In this document: positions 9,895-20,291 of the stretch, one piece after another | Numbering within the stretch: position 1 is the stretch's first letter | Layout: every line of letters starts with the position of its first letter | NCBI GenBank assembly: GCA_038874595.1 | Contig: JAVZCB010000005.1 | Location: forward strand, 33,005 to 97,004 | Direction of reading: 5' to 3' | DNA from: Candidatus Micrarchaeia archaeon | GTDB lineage: Archaea; Micrarchaeota; Micrarchaeia; CAILAH01 | Length of the DNA stretch: 64,000 nt | Program-made: the position numbers and the translations under genes | Notes under the pieces: generated by a model | The model's database searches: none | Told to the model about the DNA's origin: nothing | Seen by the model: the letters and a program-made list of their open reading frames with translations, nothing else

Positions 9895-10563
9895 TCAATA
9901 GCAAAAATGCCTCTTGAAGAGGTAATCTGCAATATTGTTGTTGCCGCACATGCGTGCTATATCAATTGCAGTATGCTGCCATTCATCCTCAAACAATATC
10001 CACGCGCCATTATTAACCAGCATCCTGGCTATGCGCATGCTACCGCTCGCTGATGCAAACATCAACGCCGTGGAGCCAGAGAAGTTGCGTGCATTGACAT
10101 CCGCTCCTGCATCAATAAGCATCTTTGCAATTGTTACTTCGCTAAGTGATGCCGCCCACATCAGTGCGTTGTCGCCAAGCACTGTCGGCAGGTCAACCTG
10201 TGCGCCTGCATTGAGCAGATGGGATACAATCCTAATCCTGTTGCACATTGTAGCCAATACTATTACAGGTGTGCCCTCATCATCAACCACGTTTGGGTTT
10301 GCACCGCTTTCAAGCAGTGCTTTGACCGCACCGCTGTCACCTTTCAGGGTAGCATAAATAAGTGCATAGCCGAGCTGTACGTCATGTCCCTGCTTGTAAA
10401 TCCAATTTAAGTCAGGGATGAGCTTATTTATCTTGTTTGTCAAGGGCAGCATAGCATTTTTTCGAAAACTGTTTATCCTATGTGCCTTCTCTGCGGGGGA
10501 CTGCGAAGGCTCAACAATAAAATCGCATGCCTGCACTGTTGCTGTTTTCATCTGGCTGATCAT
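9895..10563 (-). CDS. Ankyrin repeat protein
   Basis: About 4-5 ankyrin repeats (ALIYAT..GD..AVKALLESGANPN; GDNALMWAA; GSTALMFAS). Confidence 0.92.
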   Translation of the reverse strand: MISQMKTATVQACDFIVEPSQSPAEKAHRINSFRKNAMLPLTNKINKLIPDLNWIYKQGHDVQLGYALIYATLKGDSGAVKALLESGANPNVVDDEGTPVIVLATMCNRIRIVSHLLNAGAQVDLPTVLGDNALMWAASLSEVTIAKMLIDAGADVNARNFSGSTALMFASASGSMRIARMLVNNGAWILFEDEWQHTAIDIARMCGNNNIADYLFKRHFCY

Positions 10564-10684
10564 TTTGCCCCACTCAGTATATATTATTGTATTTCATACT
10601 TAAAAACATTTTGATAGCAGGAAAAGCTAAAACAGGTTAAAAATCATAAAAGCGCTTTTTTTGAAAATTATAGTGAATAGAAGC

Positions 10685-10842
10685 TTATAAAAGCGAATTG
10701 CGCTTTTATAATTGCTTTTTTGCTCAAACAGATTAACTAAGGTGTTTTTTGCCTCTAAAAAAACAAAGAAAAAGCGTTACCGCCTGAAAAGTTAAGATTA
10801 AATATGGGCATAAAATTTCCGCCTGAATTTTAAGCTTAAATA
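10685..10842. promoter_or_regulatory. Inverted repeat and duplicated promoter-like motif between the ankyrin gene and nrdJ
   Basis: TTATAAAAGCG-N5-CGCTTTTATAA at 10685-10711; CCGCCTGAA..TTAAG.TTAAATA at 10780 and 10819. Confidence 0.5.
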
Positions 10843-10923
10843 GAAATTGCTATAATGTATTGGTGCGGGGGGTTAAGTAAAATCGCATGCCTATGAGTTT
10901 TACTGCCTAAGCGGGGTGTTTTA

Positions 10924-13779
10924 ATGGGAGATTATCCAAAGGAGATAATTAAGCGTGATGGACGGAAAGTCCCTTTTGAAATTAACAGGATGAAAAACTC
11001 AATAAAGAAGGCAATGATTGCTGAGAATTCTTACAAGGCCGATATGTTAGAGAAGGTTGTGGCAGATGCGCTCAAGAGCATAAACATGGTGTTTAAGGAT
11101 AAAACCCCTACAGTTGAGGAGGTCCAGGATATAATTGAAGTCGCGCTCATGAAGAACAACCTGTTTAGGGTTGCCAAGTCATACATCATATATAGAAACG
11201 AGAAGACAAAGCTTCGGGAGGAAAAAAAGAAGATACTAAATAAGACTGAGCTTGATGAGGTTGACAAGAGGTTCAGTATAAATGCACTGCGCCTGCTTGC
11301 TGCGCGGTATCTCATAAAAGATGACAAGGATATGCCTGTTGAAACACCAAAGCAGATGTTCCAGCGTGTTGCGCTTGCAATGTCCCTACCTGAGATATTT
11401 TATGATACTCGTGTATATTCCAAGGAGCCGAAGTTTATCATAAGAAAGGAGGATGCGGATATTGAGCTTGCTGAGTATGCACAGCGGCTTGATGACTATG
11501 ATAATAAGTATAGCCTGAACGGCTACAAGATTAACAAATGGAATTTTAGCAGGATGATTGCACTGTACAGGGAGCTTGCGCAGGAGGGCAGGATGAAGAT
11601 ACGCTTTACCGAAGTGCTAAAAATGCTCGAAAGGGGAGAGTTTACGCGTGCAGCAATGATTGCACAGCGCGCGTTTGACCTTATGACAAGCAAGGATTTC
11701 ATGCCAAACACACCAACATTGGTTAATGCTGGAAGGAAACTTGGAATGCTCTCCGCATGCTTTACGCTTGATGTTGAGGATGACTTGGAATCAATTATGA
11801 AGCTGGCGCACGACTGCGCAATAATACACAAGAGCGGTGGCGGTACCGGAATGAATTTCTCAAAGCTACGGCCCGAGGGAGACATTGTAGCCTCAACAAC
11901 CGGAGTGGCAAGCGGCCCAATCTCCTTTATGAGGATGATAGATGCCGTATCCGAGGTAATCAAGCAGGGCGGGGTTAGGAGAGCTGCAAATATGGGTATC
12001 CTTGAGATATGGCACCCGGATATAGAAAAGTTTGTGACTGCAAAGGGGAAGGAGGGTGTTTTGGAAAATTTCAATATATCTGTTGGGATAACCGCGGACT
12101 TTTGGCCGTACCTTGAGAGAGGGGAGGATTACCCGCTCAGGCATCCACGAACAAACGCTATCATAAGAAAGACTGACCCGAGAAAACTGTTCAACCTGAT
12201 TGCATATAACGCCTGGGCGTCAGCTGACCCGGGTGTTCTCTTCTTTGACAATATCAACAAGAGAAACGTTATGAAACGGCTGCGCGGGGATGTGCGCGTA
12301 ACAAACCCGTGCGGTGAGGAGCCACTTTACCCGTATGAATCCTGCAACCTGGCGAGCATAAATGTAGGCAACTTTGTGGTGAAGAACGATTCTGGTGAGT
12401 ATGAGTTTGACTGGGAAGCGTATCACGAAACTATAAAATTTGTTGCACGTGTTCTTGACAATATAATAAGCATAAACAAGTATCCTATTGAGGATATAGA
12501 TATCACCACAAAGAAATCAAGAAGGATTGGTGTTGGGCTGATGGGTGTTGCTGATGCGTTGTTCAAGCTGAAGATAAAATACAACAGCAAGGAAGGGTTC
12601 ATCTTCTTAAAGAAGCTTGCAGAGCACCTCACATATTACACATACGATTCATCAAGCGAAACTGCCGTGGAAAGAGGTACTTTCCCGATATATGATGAGA
12701 CCGATTATCCGAAAGGTGAGCTGCCTATCGAGGGGTACTATCATAAGGAGGAGTGGACGTGCGACTGGGATGCCCTTGTTGAAAAAATAAAGAGAAACGG
12801 CTTGAGAAACGCCATGGTCACAACTGCACCCCCAACGGGGTCGATTGGGATGATTGCAGATGCGAGCACTGGGATTGAGCCGGTGTTCTCACTTGCGTTC
12901 GAGAAGAGGGTTTCTGTGGGGTCTTTCTATTACACAAATGAGGTCTTTGAGGAAGAAATCAAGAAGCGCGGACTCTATTCAAGCGAGCTTGTCAAGAGTA
13001 TCGTTGATAATTACGGGAGCATCCAGGGACTGCCGGATTCAGTGATGCCTAAAGATATAAAAGATGTATTTGTGACTGCGATGGATATTCACTGGGCAGA
13101 CCACATAATGGCACAGGCTGTAATGCAAATGTGGATTACTGATAGCATCAGCAAGACAATTAACATGCCATCCAGCATTACTGTTGAGGATGTTGAGCAG
13201 GCATATCTCATATCGCACGAGCTTGGCTGCAAAGGGATAACTATTTACAGAGATGAGTCCAAGAGCAGGCAGGTGCTTAACCTGAACGGTGAGAAGAAGG
13301 GGCAAAGAGTAGGAGCAAGAATAAGCGATTACACGTTGGGTGTTATAAGGTCGATAATGATCGAGAGACCGTATCTCTCTGATTACCTAAAACTCACTGG
13401 GGGCACCGCATCAAGCGCTGAAGCGGTTATTACTGCTCCGCTTAAAAGCGTTGTTGAGGGTGGGATTGTCCAAATGAGTGTTGCTGGCTCTGCTGAAAGC
13501 TCGGTAGTTACCTCTGTTGAGCCAATAGTAAATCCTGTTTTAAACAATGGGGAGTTAGGGGAAATAAACCCTGTCATAAAAAGCAATGAGGAAGTAATTG
13601 TTGGGAAAGAGCATACTAAAGTACGACTTCTAGCTGAATCTGCCGGGAATGTTGTACAAAACCATAAAGTGTCACAGAGTGTTCTCATATGCCCGTCGTG
13701 CGATAGCACAAACGTTGCAAAAGAGTCTGGATGCATGTCTTGCAAAGATTGCGGGTGGAGCGCTTGCACCATTTCGTAA
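10924..13779 (+). CDS. nrdJ: Class II (adenosylcobalamin-dependent) ribonucleotide reductase with ATP-cone
   Basis: N-terminal IIKRDGR ATP-cone; PNTPTLVNAG, LSACF, TNPCGEEPL, ESCNLAS, APPTGS and SISKTIN motifs; C-terminal CPSC...C..CGWSAC. No intein. Confidence 0.96.
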   Translation: MGDYPKEIIKRDGRKVPFEINRMKNSIKKAMIAENSYKADMLEKVVADALKSINMVFKDKTPTVEEVQDIIEVALMKNNLFRVAKSYIIYRNEKTKLREEKKKILNKTELDEVDKRFSINALRLLAARYLIKDDKDMPVETPKQMFQRVALAMSLPEIFYDTRVYSKEPKFIIRKEDADIELAEYAQRLDDYDNKYSLNGYKINKWNFSRMIALYRELAQEGRMKIRFTEVLKMLERGEFTRAAMIAQRAFDLMTSKDFMPNTPTLVNAGRKLGMLSACFTLDVEDDLESIMKLAHDCAIIHKSGGGTGMNFSKLRPEGDIVASTTGVASGPISFMRMIDAVSEVIKQGGVRRAANMGILEIWHPDIEKFVTAKGKEGVLENFNISVGITADFWPYLERGEDYPLRHPRTNAIIRKTDPRKLFNLIAYNAWASADPGVLFFDNINKRNVMKRLRGDVRVTNPCGEEPLYPYESCNLASINVGNFVVKNDSGEYEFDWEAYHETIKFVARVLDNIISINKYPIEDIDITTKKSRRIGVGLMGVADALFKLKIKYNSKEGFIFLKKLAEHLTYYTYDSSSETAVERGTFPIYDETDYPKGELPIEGYYHKEEWTCDWDALVEKIKRNGLRNAMVTTAPPTGSIGMIADASTGIEPVFSLAFEKRVSVGSFYYTNEVFEEEIKKRGLYSSELVKSIVDNYGSIQGLPDSVMPKDIKDVFVTAMDIHWADHIMAQAVMQMWITDSISKTINMPSSITVEDVEQAYLISHELGCKGITIYRDESKSRQVLNLNGEKKGQRVGARISDYTLGVIRSIMIERPYLSDYLKLTGGTASSAEAVITAPLKSVVEGGIVQMSVAGSAESSVVTSVEPIVNPVLNNGELGEINPVIKSNEEVIVGKEHTKVRLLAESAGNVVQNHKVSQSVLICPSCDSTNVAKESGCMSCKDCGWSACTIS

Positions 13780-13858
13780 GAAAGATGCAAGGAAATACCT
13801 GAATGCGGAAGCGTAATACAAGATATAAAAACATTACTAATGAAGTATTGATGGTGTT

Positions 13859-15994
13859 ATGGAATTAAAGTGGGTGCTACTATCCTTTATGTTTATCTTA
13901 TCGCTCATGGTTATTGTAAATGCTGCAGATTGTCCTACACCTATAAGCGCCCCGGGCACGTATGTTATGAGTGAAGATTATGCTGGCGCGCCTTATAGTG
14001 ATCCGATTGTGGATGGAAAAGCGTGTGTAAAAATCACTTCAAGTGATGTCATATTTGACTGCAACAACCACTATATACACAACAATGGAACTGCTGGATT
14101 AACTTATGGTATTCTGGTTGTCAGCAATTTACCAGTAACAAACGTAACAATAAAAAATTGCCGCGGGATTTATGATTATACCGATGGGATATATTTTCAC
14201 GAAACACAAAACTCGCGAATTGAAAAAGTAGTTTCAAATAATAACGGTAATGGTTTTGTGGTTAATGGTGGCCAAAACAATACTATTTTCAATAACACTG
14301 TGCACTCAAACGAATATGGGATTTCAATATTGAGCTCATCGAAGAATATTGTTGAGAAAAATTACATATATTCACAAAAAGAAGGGGTGATTATAACCCT
14401 CTCAACAAAAAACACAGTCAAGGATAATAAAATCTATAATAACGTAATTAATGGGATATCCCTAACTTTGTTATCTATGTATAACAACCTCACAGGAAAC
14501 ACACTTGAGAACAATGGGATACGGGGAGTATATGCAGAACTTGCCTCACACCACAACTATGTCTACAATAATTCAGCAAAAGGAGGGACATGGGGATTTA
14601 GGTTTACCTCTTCCGGTAATACCACGCTTATAAAAAACACTGCTAGTGAAAGCATAGTAGGATTTCTTGTTGAGCAAAGCGAGAACTGCACCCTAAAAAA
14701 CAACATTGCCATAAGAAATTCTGATACTGGTTTTGCGGTGGGACAACTATCACACAGGACAAAGATGGAAAACAACACTGGCTATGGCTCGGATAATGGG
14801 CTTTATATTGATACAAGCAATAATGTGGTTGTTGACACGTTTACCACATACAACAACGATTTGTACGGGATATATATACTAGATTCTTACGGGGCGCAGA
14901 TTAAAAACGTGCACGTGTACAACAGCTCAACAGAGTTCTATGCAGAGTCAGGAGGTGTTACAACTTCCATTAGTGTTACAAACATCACGATAGATAATCC
15001 AAACGGCGGGTTTGTCAACAAGACGGTCCTTAACATATTTGATACCATAAATAACGGTGAAGAGCTTGCAATTAAGTGGGTGAGGAACACATATCCCCTA
15101 CCACCCGGCAAATCTTCGTTTGAAGGCAAGTTCCTTAATATTAGCGGCGTTGCATCCATAAACAAGATAGAATGGCTCTGGACGCTGAGTGAATCCAGCG
15201 GGTACGATGAGGAATCGTTTGAGCTCGCAAAATATAGCGGCTCGGGATGGTCACGCGTAAGTGCAACTCTTGATATTGTACTGCATAAAATGACTGTGTA
15301 CAATTTACTGCCTGCGAGCATATACGGGATTCTTGGTAATGGTAGCACACTAAACTACACAATTGCGGACATATACCGCGCAAACGTAACAAACAGGACA
15401 AGCCTGGCAAGATGGAGTGGTACTGGCGAGGCAGGGAGGGCAAATATTGAAGGAGGCAACATCAGCGACCTGAACTTAAGCTCAAGAACACTTACAGACA
15501 GATGGGCTGCTTTCTATGGTGATATTGTAGGTAGTATTTATCTTACAACCAATGCAGGAGGCCTTTCTAATTATGTTTATATGTGGAACTGGGCGCCTGC
15601 ATACGGTGGTACTGTATGCGCATCAACTAATTCATCGATGTTAAGCATAAATGTGACAGGCGCAAGCGGCAGGGATGTTGATGGTGCGTGGGGTTTTGGG
15701 GATGCGGCTGATAACGGGAGGAACACGTTTGTCGGGCTAGGGTGTGATATCTTGCTTGGAAGCGCAAACGTAACCGGTGCGGACTTTGCAGACACTGGTG
15801 CAGCTGGTGGTTTCAGGACGTGTGCACTCAAGACAAAAAAATCCCCTTCAAAAAGCAATATGCTGTTTTGTACGCGTATAGATGCAAATGGTGCGGCCTT
15901 TGATAATACACCTGCAAACTTTGAGATTATTGTTCCTACTGCTTTTGGTAATGGTGTGTTTGAGACATACTATTTCTATGCTGCTTTTGATTAA
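13859..15994 (+). CDS. Secreted right-handed parallel beta-helix (NosD/pectin-lyase-like) surface protein
   Basis: Signal peptide, CVKITSSDVIFDC, many Asn-rich GI.L..S.NNTI.NN repeats and a distinct C-terminal domain. Confidence 0.85.
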   Translation: MELKWVLLSFMFILSLMVIVNAADCPTPISAPGTYVMSEDYAGAPYSDPIVDGKACVKITSSDVIFDCNNHYIHNNGTAGLTYGILVVSNLPVTNVTIKNCRGIYDYTDGIYFHETQNSRIEKVVSNNNGNGFVVNGGQNNTIFNNTVHSNEYGISILSSSKNIVEKNYIYSQKEGVIITLSTKNTVKDNKIYNNVINGISLTLLSMYNNLTGNTLENNGIRGVYAELASHHNYVYNNSAKGGTWGFRFTSSGNTTLIKNTASESIVGFLVEQSENCTLKNNIAIRNSDTGFAVGQLSHRTKMENNTGYGSDNGLYIDTSNNVVVDTFTTYNNDLYGIYILDSYGAQIKNVHVYNSSTEFYAESGGVTTSISVTNITIDNPNGGFVNKTVLNIFDTINNGEELAIKWVRNTYPLPPGKSSFEGKFLNISGVASINKIEWLWTLSESSGYDEESFELAKYSGSGWSRVSATLDIVLHKMTVYNLLPASIYGILGNGSTLNYTIADIYRANVTNRTSLARWSGTGEAGRANIEGGNISDLNLSSRTLTDRWAAFYGDIVGSIYLTTNAGGLSNYVYMWNWAPAYGGTVCASTNSSMLSINVTGASGRDVDGAWGFGDAADNGRNTFVGLGCDILLGSANVTGADFADTGAAGGFRTCALKTKKSPSKSNMLFCTRIDANGAAFDNTPANFEIIVPTAFGNGVFETYYFYAAFD

Positions 15995-16122
15995 GCGCTG
16001 GCAATTAACAAGAATGCTTTGCATAGGTTATCTTCTTTTGACTTTAGGCAAATACTGGCAATTGGAAACCCACTTCCAAAAGCGCAATATATACCCTTAC
16101 CAAAATCACTAGTGGTGGTAAT

Positions 16123-16233
16123 ATGCGAATGGGTGTGGAAGGAATAAGAGTGAAAGACCTTGCAAAGATGCTCAGTGAGAAAGCGGATGTTGTGTTTGAG
16201 AGAAAGACGGGTGTTACTGCTGTGCTGATATGA
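16123..16233 (+). CDS. Small hypothetical protein (36 aa)
   Basis: GGTGGT ribosome-binding-like motif, then ATG; MRMGVEGIRVKDLAKMLSEKADVVFERKTGVTAVLI*. Fills an otherwise empty gap. Confidence 0.5.
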   Translation: MRMGVEGIRVKDLAKMLSEKADVVFERKTGVTAVLI

Positions 16234-16288
16234 GCTGAGAGTGCCTGTAAAAAGATAAGCATATAGTATTTGCGAGGGAAAAGGGGTT

Positions 16289-16753
16289 ATGCCAAATGCG
16301 CTTGCGCACGTACTTGGTGGAGCGGTGGTTGGGGTACTACTGGCAGCAACAGCCGCGGGAAGTGTTGAGGAAAAGGTTCTTTGTGGCTTCATAGCAATTG
16401 GGGCTTCACTGCTCCCGGATATAGACCATCCACAGGGGACTGCAAGAAAAACGTACAGGAAAATTGGGTTGGGTGCAGGTGCAATATTATCGTTTGTATT
16501 TTTGCTTTCAATTGGGGTAAGCTTGCCTGCTGCTATTTTTGGGGGAATTATAATGGGTATATTGCTCTTAGGGGTGAGCGAGCTTCTTATTCCCAGGCAT
16601 AGGGGGATTATACACTCCTGGAAGTTTGCATTACTGCTTGGGATTGTGGTGTATGCCGTACTACTCCTGCTTAATATAAAAAGCGCAATTGTGCTTGCAT
16701 TCGCATTCTTTACTGGATACATATCACACCTTATCCTGGATTATGCATTTTAG
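16289..16753 (+). CDS. Membrane-bound metal-dependent hydrolase (YdjM-like)
   Basis: AH, LLPDIDHP, HRGIIHS and GYISHLILD motifs with transmembrane helices. Confidence 0.88.
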   Translation: MPNALAHVLGGAVVGVLLAATAAGSVEEKVLCGFIAIGASLLPDIDHPQGTARKTYRKIGLGAGAILSFVFLLSIGVSLPAAIFGGIIMGILLLGVSELLIPRHRGIIHSWKFALLLGIVVYAVLLLLNIKSAIVLAFAFFTGYISHLILDYAF

Positions 16754-16809
16754 GGTGCATGCATTATTTTAGAGCTTTACCAATTATCATAAGATGAGTG
16801 TATAGAGGA

Positions 16810-18567
16810 TTACTTTACGTGGTAATAGTAATTGCCAACCTCGCGCTGCTCGCGGTCGAGCACCGACCCTTCTTTGTTTATCTTTGGGCGCAGTGTCTCC
16901 TTATCCCTCCTAAGGGTTATGCCAAGCTCTTTGAGGAATGAGTTCATTGCATCAACCTTATCGAGGGGTGAAGATGCATTTCCACTAATGGAAGGCTGGC
17001 CTGAAAACTGTATTAGCCTGCTCGCAATTGAATCAATGAACACGAGGTCGTGGTCAACCACAAGTGCAACCTTCTCCTTCTCGGAAATGTCACGCTTAAT
17101 TATCGTGGAAAGGCGCATGCGCTGCTCAATATCAAGGAATGCCGATGGCTCGTCAAAGAGGTATATATCTGCATCAGCAGAGAGCGTATATGCAATCGCT
17201 AGCCTCTGCATCTCACCACCAGAGAGGTTGGGAACGCGCTTGAATAGCAAGTGCTCCAGCTCGAACTCCTTAATATACGACTGGTCTATTTTGTTTTTAA
17301 GCAAGAACTCCTGTACCGTGCCTTCAAACCCAAGGTCAATGTATTGCGGCTTGTAAGACACAGTCAGGCCTGTGGGCGCATTGCCATTATCTGGTTTCTC
17401 AACACCTGCAATAAGCTTTATGAATGTGGATTTGCCGATTGCGTTTGGCCCGACAATACCTATAACCTCACCACGCCGCGCGTCACCACCTGAAACTTTG
17501 AGCTTGAACCTGCCCAGGGATTTTTCCATTGAGTCATATACAAACAGCACTTTCTTTGATACTTCTGATGTGGAGAACAGCTCAATGCGGAGGGCACGCT
17601 CCCTGAACCTGACATTCTCCTCGCGGAGGTACCCCTCCATAAACTCGTTTATGCCGGCCCGCGCATTCTTTATGCCGCTTACCACTCCATAAACGCCCGG
17701 CTCGCCGTAAAGCACGTATGCATAATCTGCAAGATAATCAAGAAGTGCAAGGTCGTGCTCAACAACAATCACCGGTTTTGACTGTGAAAGAAATGCAATC
17801 TCGCGTGCCACGCGCATCCTTTCGTATATATCAAGGTATATGGACGGCTCATCAAAGAAATACAGGGATGCTTCCCTAAGCATTGCAGCTGCAATTGCCA
17901 CTTTCTGCAGCTCGCCACCGCTCAAAGAGGAGAGCTTTGACTTAATAAACCCTCCCATATTAAGCCGGTCTGAGATTGAAGCGCGCTTGTTGCCACTGTC
18001 AAACTCTGCAAGCACCTCTTCAACAGTGCTGTTCGGAGCAAGGCGGGCAAGAAGCTCAACATTCTGGACCTTATAGCTGATTTTATACCCTCCAGATTTG
18101 ACCTGCTCAAAATAGTTCTTTAGCTCCCTGTGTGCTGTTCTTGAGATCACCTCATCAATCGTGAGCTTTTTTGAGAAATCCATAAAGTTAGGGAGCAGCT
18201 TGGCAGACATAATTTCAAGTAATGTTGTCTTACCTATGCCGTTACGGCCAATAAGCGCCACTACACCTGACTGCTTAGGTAGTGCAAAGTTGTAAAGGCG
18301 AAAAGAGTTCACACCATACTGAAAGATAGGCTCGCCTGCCTCACCTGCAAGGTTTATTACGCGTATCGCTGAAACAGGGCATTTCTTTGGGCACAGGCCG
18401 CACCCGGTACACAGCACTTCATCTATTACAGGAAACCCCTTATCATCAATAACAATAGCATCTTTCCCCATCCTGACTGGGGGGCATATGCTCCTGCATA
18501 AGTAACCACACTTCTCACGTATGCATTTTCCCCTGTCTATCACAGCTATCCTTCTTGGTGCTGGCAT
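16810..18567 (-). CDS. rli: Ribosome recycling ATPase ABCE1/RLI
   Basis: N-terminal Fe-S cysteines (CTGCGLCPKKCP), two ABC domains (GRNGIGKT, GPNAIGKST, LSGGE) and C-terminal RPKINK.GS.LDREQ. Confidence 0.97.
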   Translation of the reverse strand: MPAPRRIAVIDRGKCIREKCGYLCRSICPPVRMGKDAIVIDDKGFPVIDEVLCTGCGLCPKKCPVSAIRVINLAGEAGEPIFQYGVNSFRLYNFALPKQSGVVALIGRNGIGKTTLLEIMSAKLLPNFMDFSKKLTIDEVISRTAHRELKNYFEQVKSGGYKISYKVQNVELLARLAPNSTVEEVLAEFDSGNKRASISDRLNMGGFIKSKLSSLSGGELQKVAIAAAMLREASLYFFDEPSIYLDIYERMRVAREIAFLSQSKPVIVVEHDLALLDYLADYAYVLYGEPGVYGVVSGIKNARAGINEFMEGYLREENVRFRERALRIELFSTSEVSKKVLFVYDSMEKSLGRFKLKVSGGDARRGEVIGIVGPNAIGKSTFIKLIAGVEKPDNGNAPTGLTVSYKPQYIDLGFEGTVQEFLLKNKIDQSYIKEFELEHLLFKRVPNLSGGEMQRLAIAYTLSADADIYLFDEPSAFLDIEQRMRLSTIIKRDISEKEKVALVVDHDLVFIDSIASRLIQFSGQPSISGNASSPLDKVDAMNSFLKELGITLRRDKETLRPKINKEGSVLDREQREVGNYYYHVK

Positions 18568-18618
18568 GGTGGATATTAAGCTGGCAAGCTATTTATTAAA
18601 TTTGCACATATTGTTTAC

Positions 18619-19173
18619 ATGGAGTTCTGCAAAGGATGTGATTATTCCTGCTGTGGTTATTATAGCATTCCACTAAGTGCAGTAGACATATTTATCATAC
18701 TATCGCACGGGTGGAATGACTTCTTTTATGTTTGTGAAAAGGAGGTGGATGACGGTTACTGCTTCAGGATTAATGGCAAGTTATATGGGTTTATGATGAA
18801 AAGGCGCATACAGGGAGGGTGCGTTTTTATGAGGGAAGGTGGTGAATACGGCTGCGGCATACATCCATACAAGCCAAGCGTATGTGCAGTGTACCCTTTC
18901 GTGGTGGAAGAAGGCAAAATAAAAATGATGGATAACAGGATATGTGCAAAAGATAGAATACCAACTGAAAAAGACCTTGCAGAAGCACAGACATCTATAG
19001 AGGCATATAATTATGAGTGGGACCTTCATAAGAAGATTGCGGAAAGGTGGAACAAGTCTTTCCTGTCAAAGTACGGCTGGCCTGGCCTAATCATTGGATA
19101 TGTTATAATGCAGATGCTTATATGGAATATTGCAGTAAAATTAGGAAGATTAAAAGTAGATAATGCAAATTAA
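18619..19173 (+). CDS. YkgJ-family cysteine-cluster (CxxCxxxCC) protein
   Basis: CKGCDYSCC...CVFM...CGIHPYKPSVCAVYPF. Confidence 0.85.
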   Translation: MEFCKGCDYSCCGYYSIPLSAVDIFIILSHGWNDFFYVCEKEVDDGYCFRINGKLYGFMMKRRIQGGCVFMREGGEYGCGIHPYKPSVCAVYPFVVEEGKIKMMDNRICAKDRIPTEKDLAEAQTSIEAYNYEWDLHKKIAERWNKSFLSKYGWPGLIIGYVIMQMLIWNIAVKLGRLKVDNAN

Positions 19174-19186
19174 AACAGGTGCAATA

Positions 19187-20212
19187 ATGAGGGCGGATAT
19201 CAACAGGAAAGAAGGTGTGGTTTCGCTTGTTCCGGAAACCGCTGAGGATTTATGGTGTACTTATAAATTAATAACGCCAGGCACGGTTGTAAAATCACAC
19301 AGCACGAGGAAGTACAAGCCGCAGGGCAGCAATAGGGAGGAAAGGATAAGTGTTAATATTACCATTGAGGTTGAGAAGTGCGAGCTGCACAAGGATTCCG
19401 GTAGGCTGCGGGCGACTGGCAAAATCCTGGAAATACGTCCTGAGGATATAGCGCCTGTTGGATCACATCATACAATTGAAATAGAAATCGGCGAGCAGGT
19501 CAGGATAATCAAGGAATGGAAGGATTTTGAGCTTGATATGCTGCGTGATGCTGTCAAGGCAAGCAGGAGAAATATCATAAGCATAGTCCTAATTGATTAT
19601 GACAAGGCGATGTTTGCCTCGCTCAAGCAATATGGCATTGAATTCGGGCTTGAGCTGCATAATACCTCATCCAAAAAAGACAAGAATATAGAGACAGGTG
19701 GCTTTTTCAGTGAGATTGCTGGCGAGCTTGAGAAGATTGAGGGCACAATAATTATTGGTGGGCCTGGGTTTGCAAAGGATAACTTTTATGCATACTTAAA
19801 AAATGAAAAGCCGGACATTGCAAAACGCGTTAAAGTTGTTTCGGCATCAAACAATGAGCGCAGTGGTGTATATGAGCTGCTGAAGAGCGAGGAAATGCAC
19901 CGCATACTTGAAAATGAGCAGATGCACACGGTGTTCAGGGATATTGAGAGGTTCTTAGGCAGTGCTGGCCGCGGTGATGGGCTTTCAGCATATGGCAGGG
20001 AAGAGCTACTCAGGGCAGCTGAAAGCAGTGCTATTGACGTGCTGATTATACTTGACACAAACCTGTGGGGGGATGCTTTTTACGAAAAGCTTGTTGATGA
20101 GGTTAAGGCACACGGAGGCAACATACGCATCGTACCATCTGAAAGCCAGGCTGCAGAGCAGGTAAAGGCATTTGGCGGTGCAATTGCACTGCTAAGGTAT
20201 AAGATACAATAA
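19187..20212 (+). CDS. pelA: mRNA surveillance protein pelota
   Basis: PETAEDLW, RLRATGKI, GSHHTIEI, GPGFAKD and FGGAIALLRY motifs. Confidence 0.95.
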   Translation: MRADINRKEGVVSLVPETAEDLWCTYKLITPGTVVKSHSTRKYKPQGSNREERISVNITIEVEKCELHKDSGRLRATGKILEIRPEDIAPVGSHHTIEIEIGEQVRIIKEWKDFELDMLRDAVKASRRNIISIVLIDYDKAMFASLKQYGIEFGLELHNTSSKKDKNIETGGFFSEIAGELEKIEGTIIIGGPGFAKDNFYAYLKNEKPDIAKRVKVVSASNNERSGVYELLKSEEMHRILENEQMHTVFRDIERFLGSAGRGDGLSAYGREELLRAAESSAIDVLIILDTNLWGDAFYEKLVDEVKAHGGNIRIVPSESQAAEQVKAFGGAIALLRYKIQ

Positions 20213-20291
20213 AAACATAAAAGAGGAAAACGTGCCGCAGTTATAAAACCTACTTTTTGCTTATATGTTGGCCTGAAGGTATAAAGCATAT

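Noticed and set aside
10519-10892. 14-nt match AAAATCGCATGCCT in the ankyrin gene and upstream of nrdJ
   Set aside because: A single short match, with one copy inside coding sequence and no supporting structure.
15991-16722. Long antisense ORFs (e.g. 15991-16722, 32618-33298, 49509-50120)
   Set aside because: They are shadows of well-supported genes on the opposite strand and carry no motifs.
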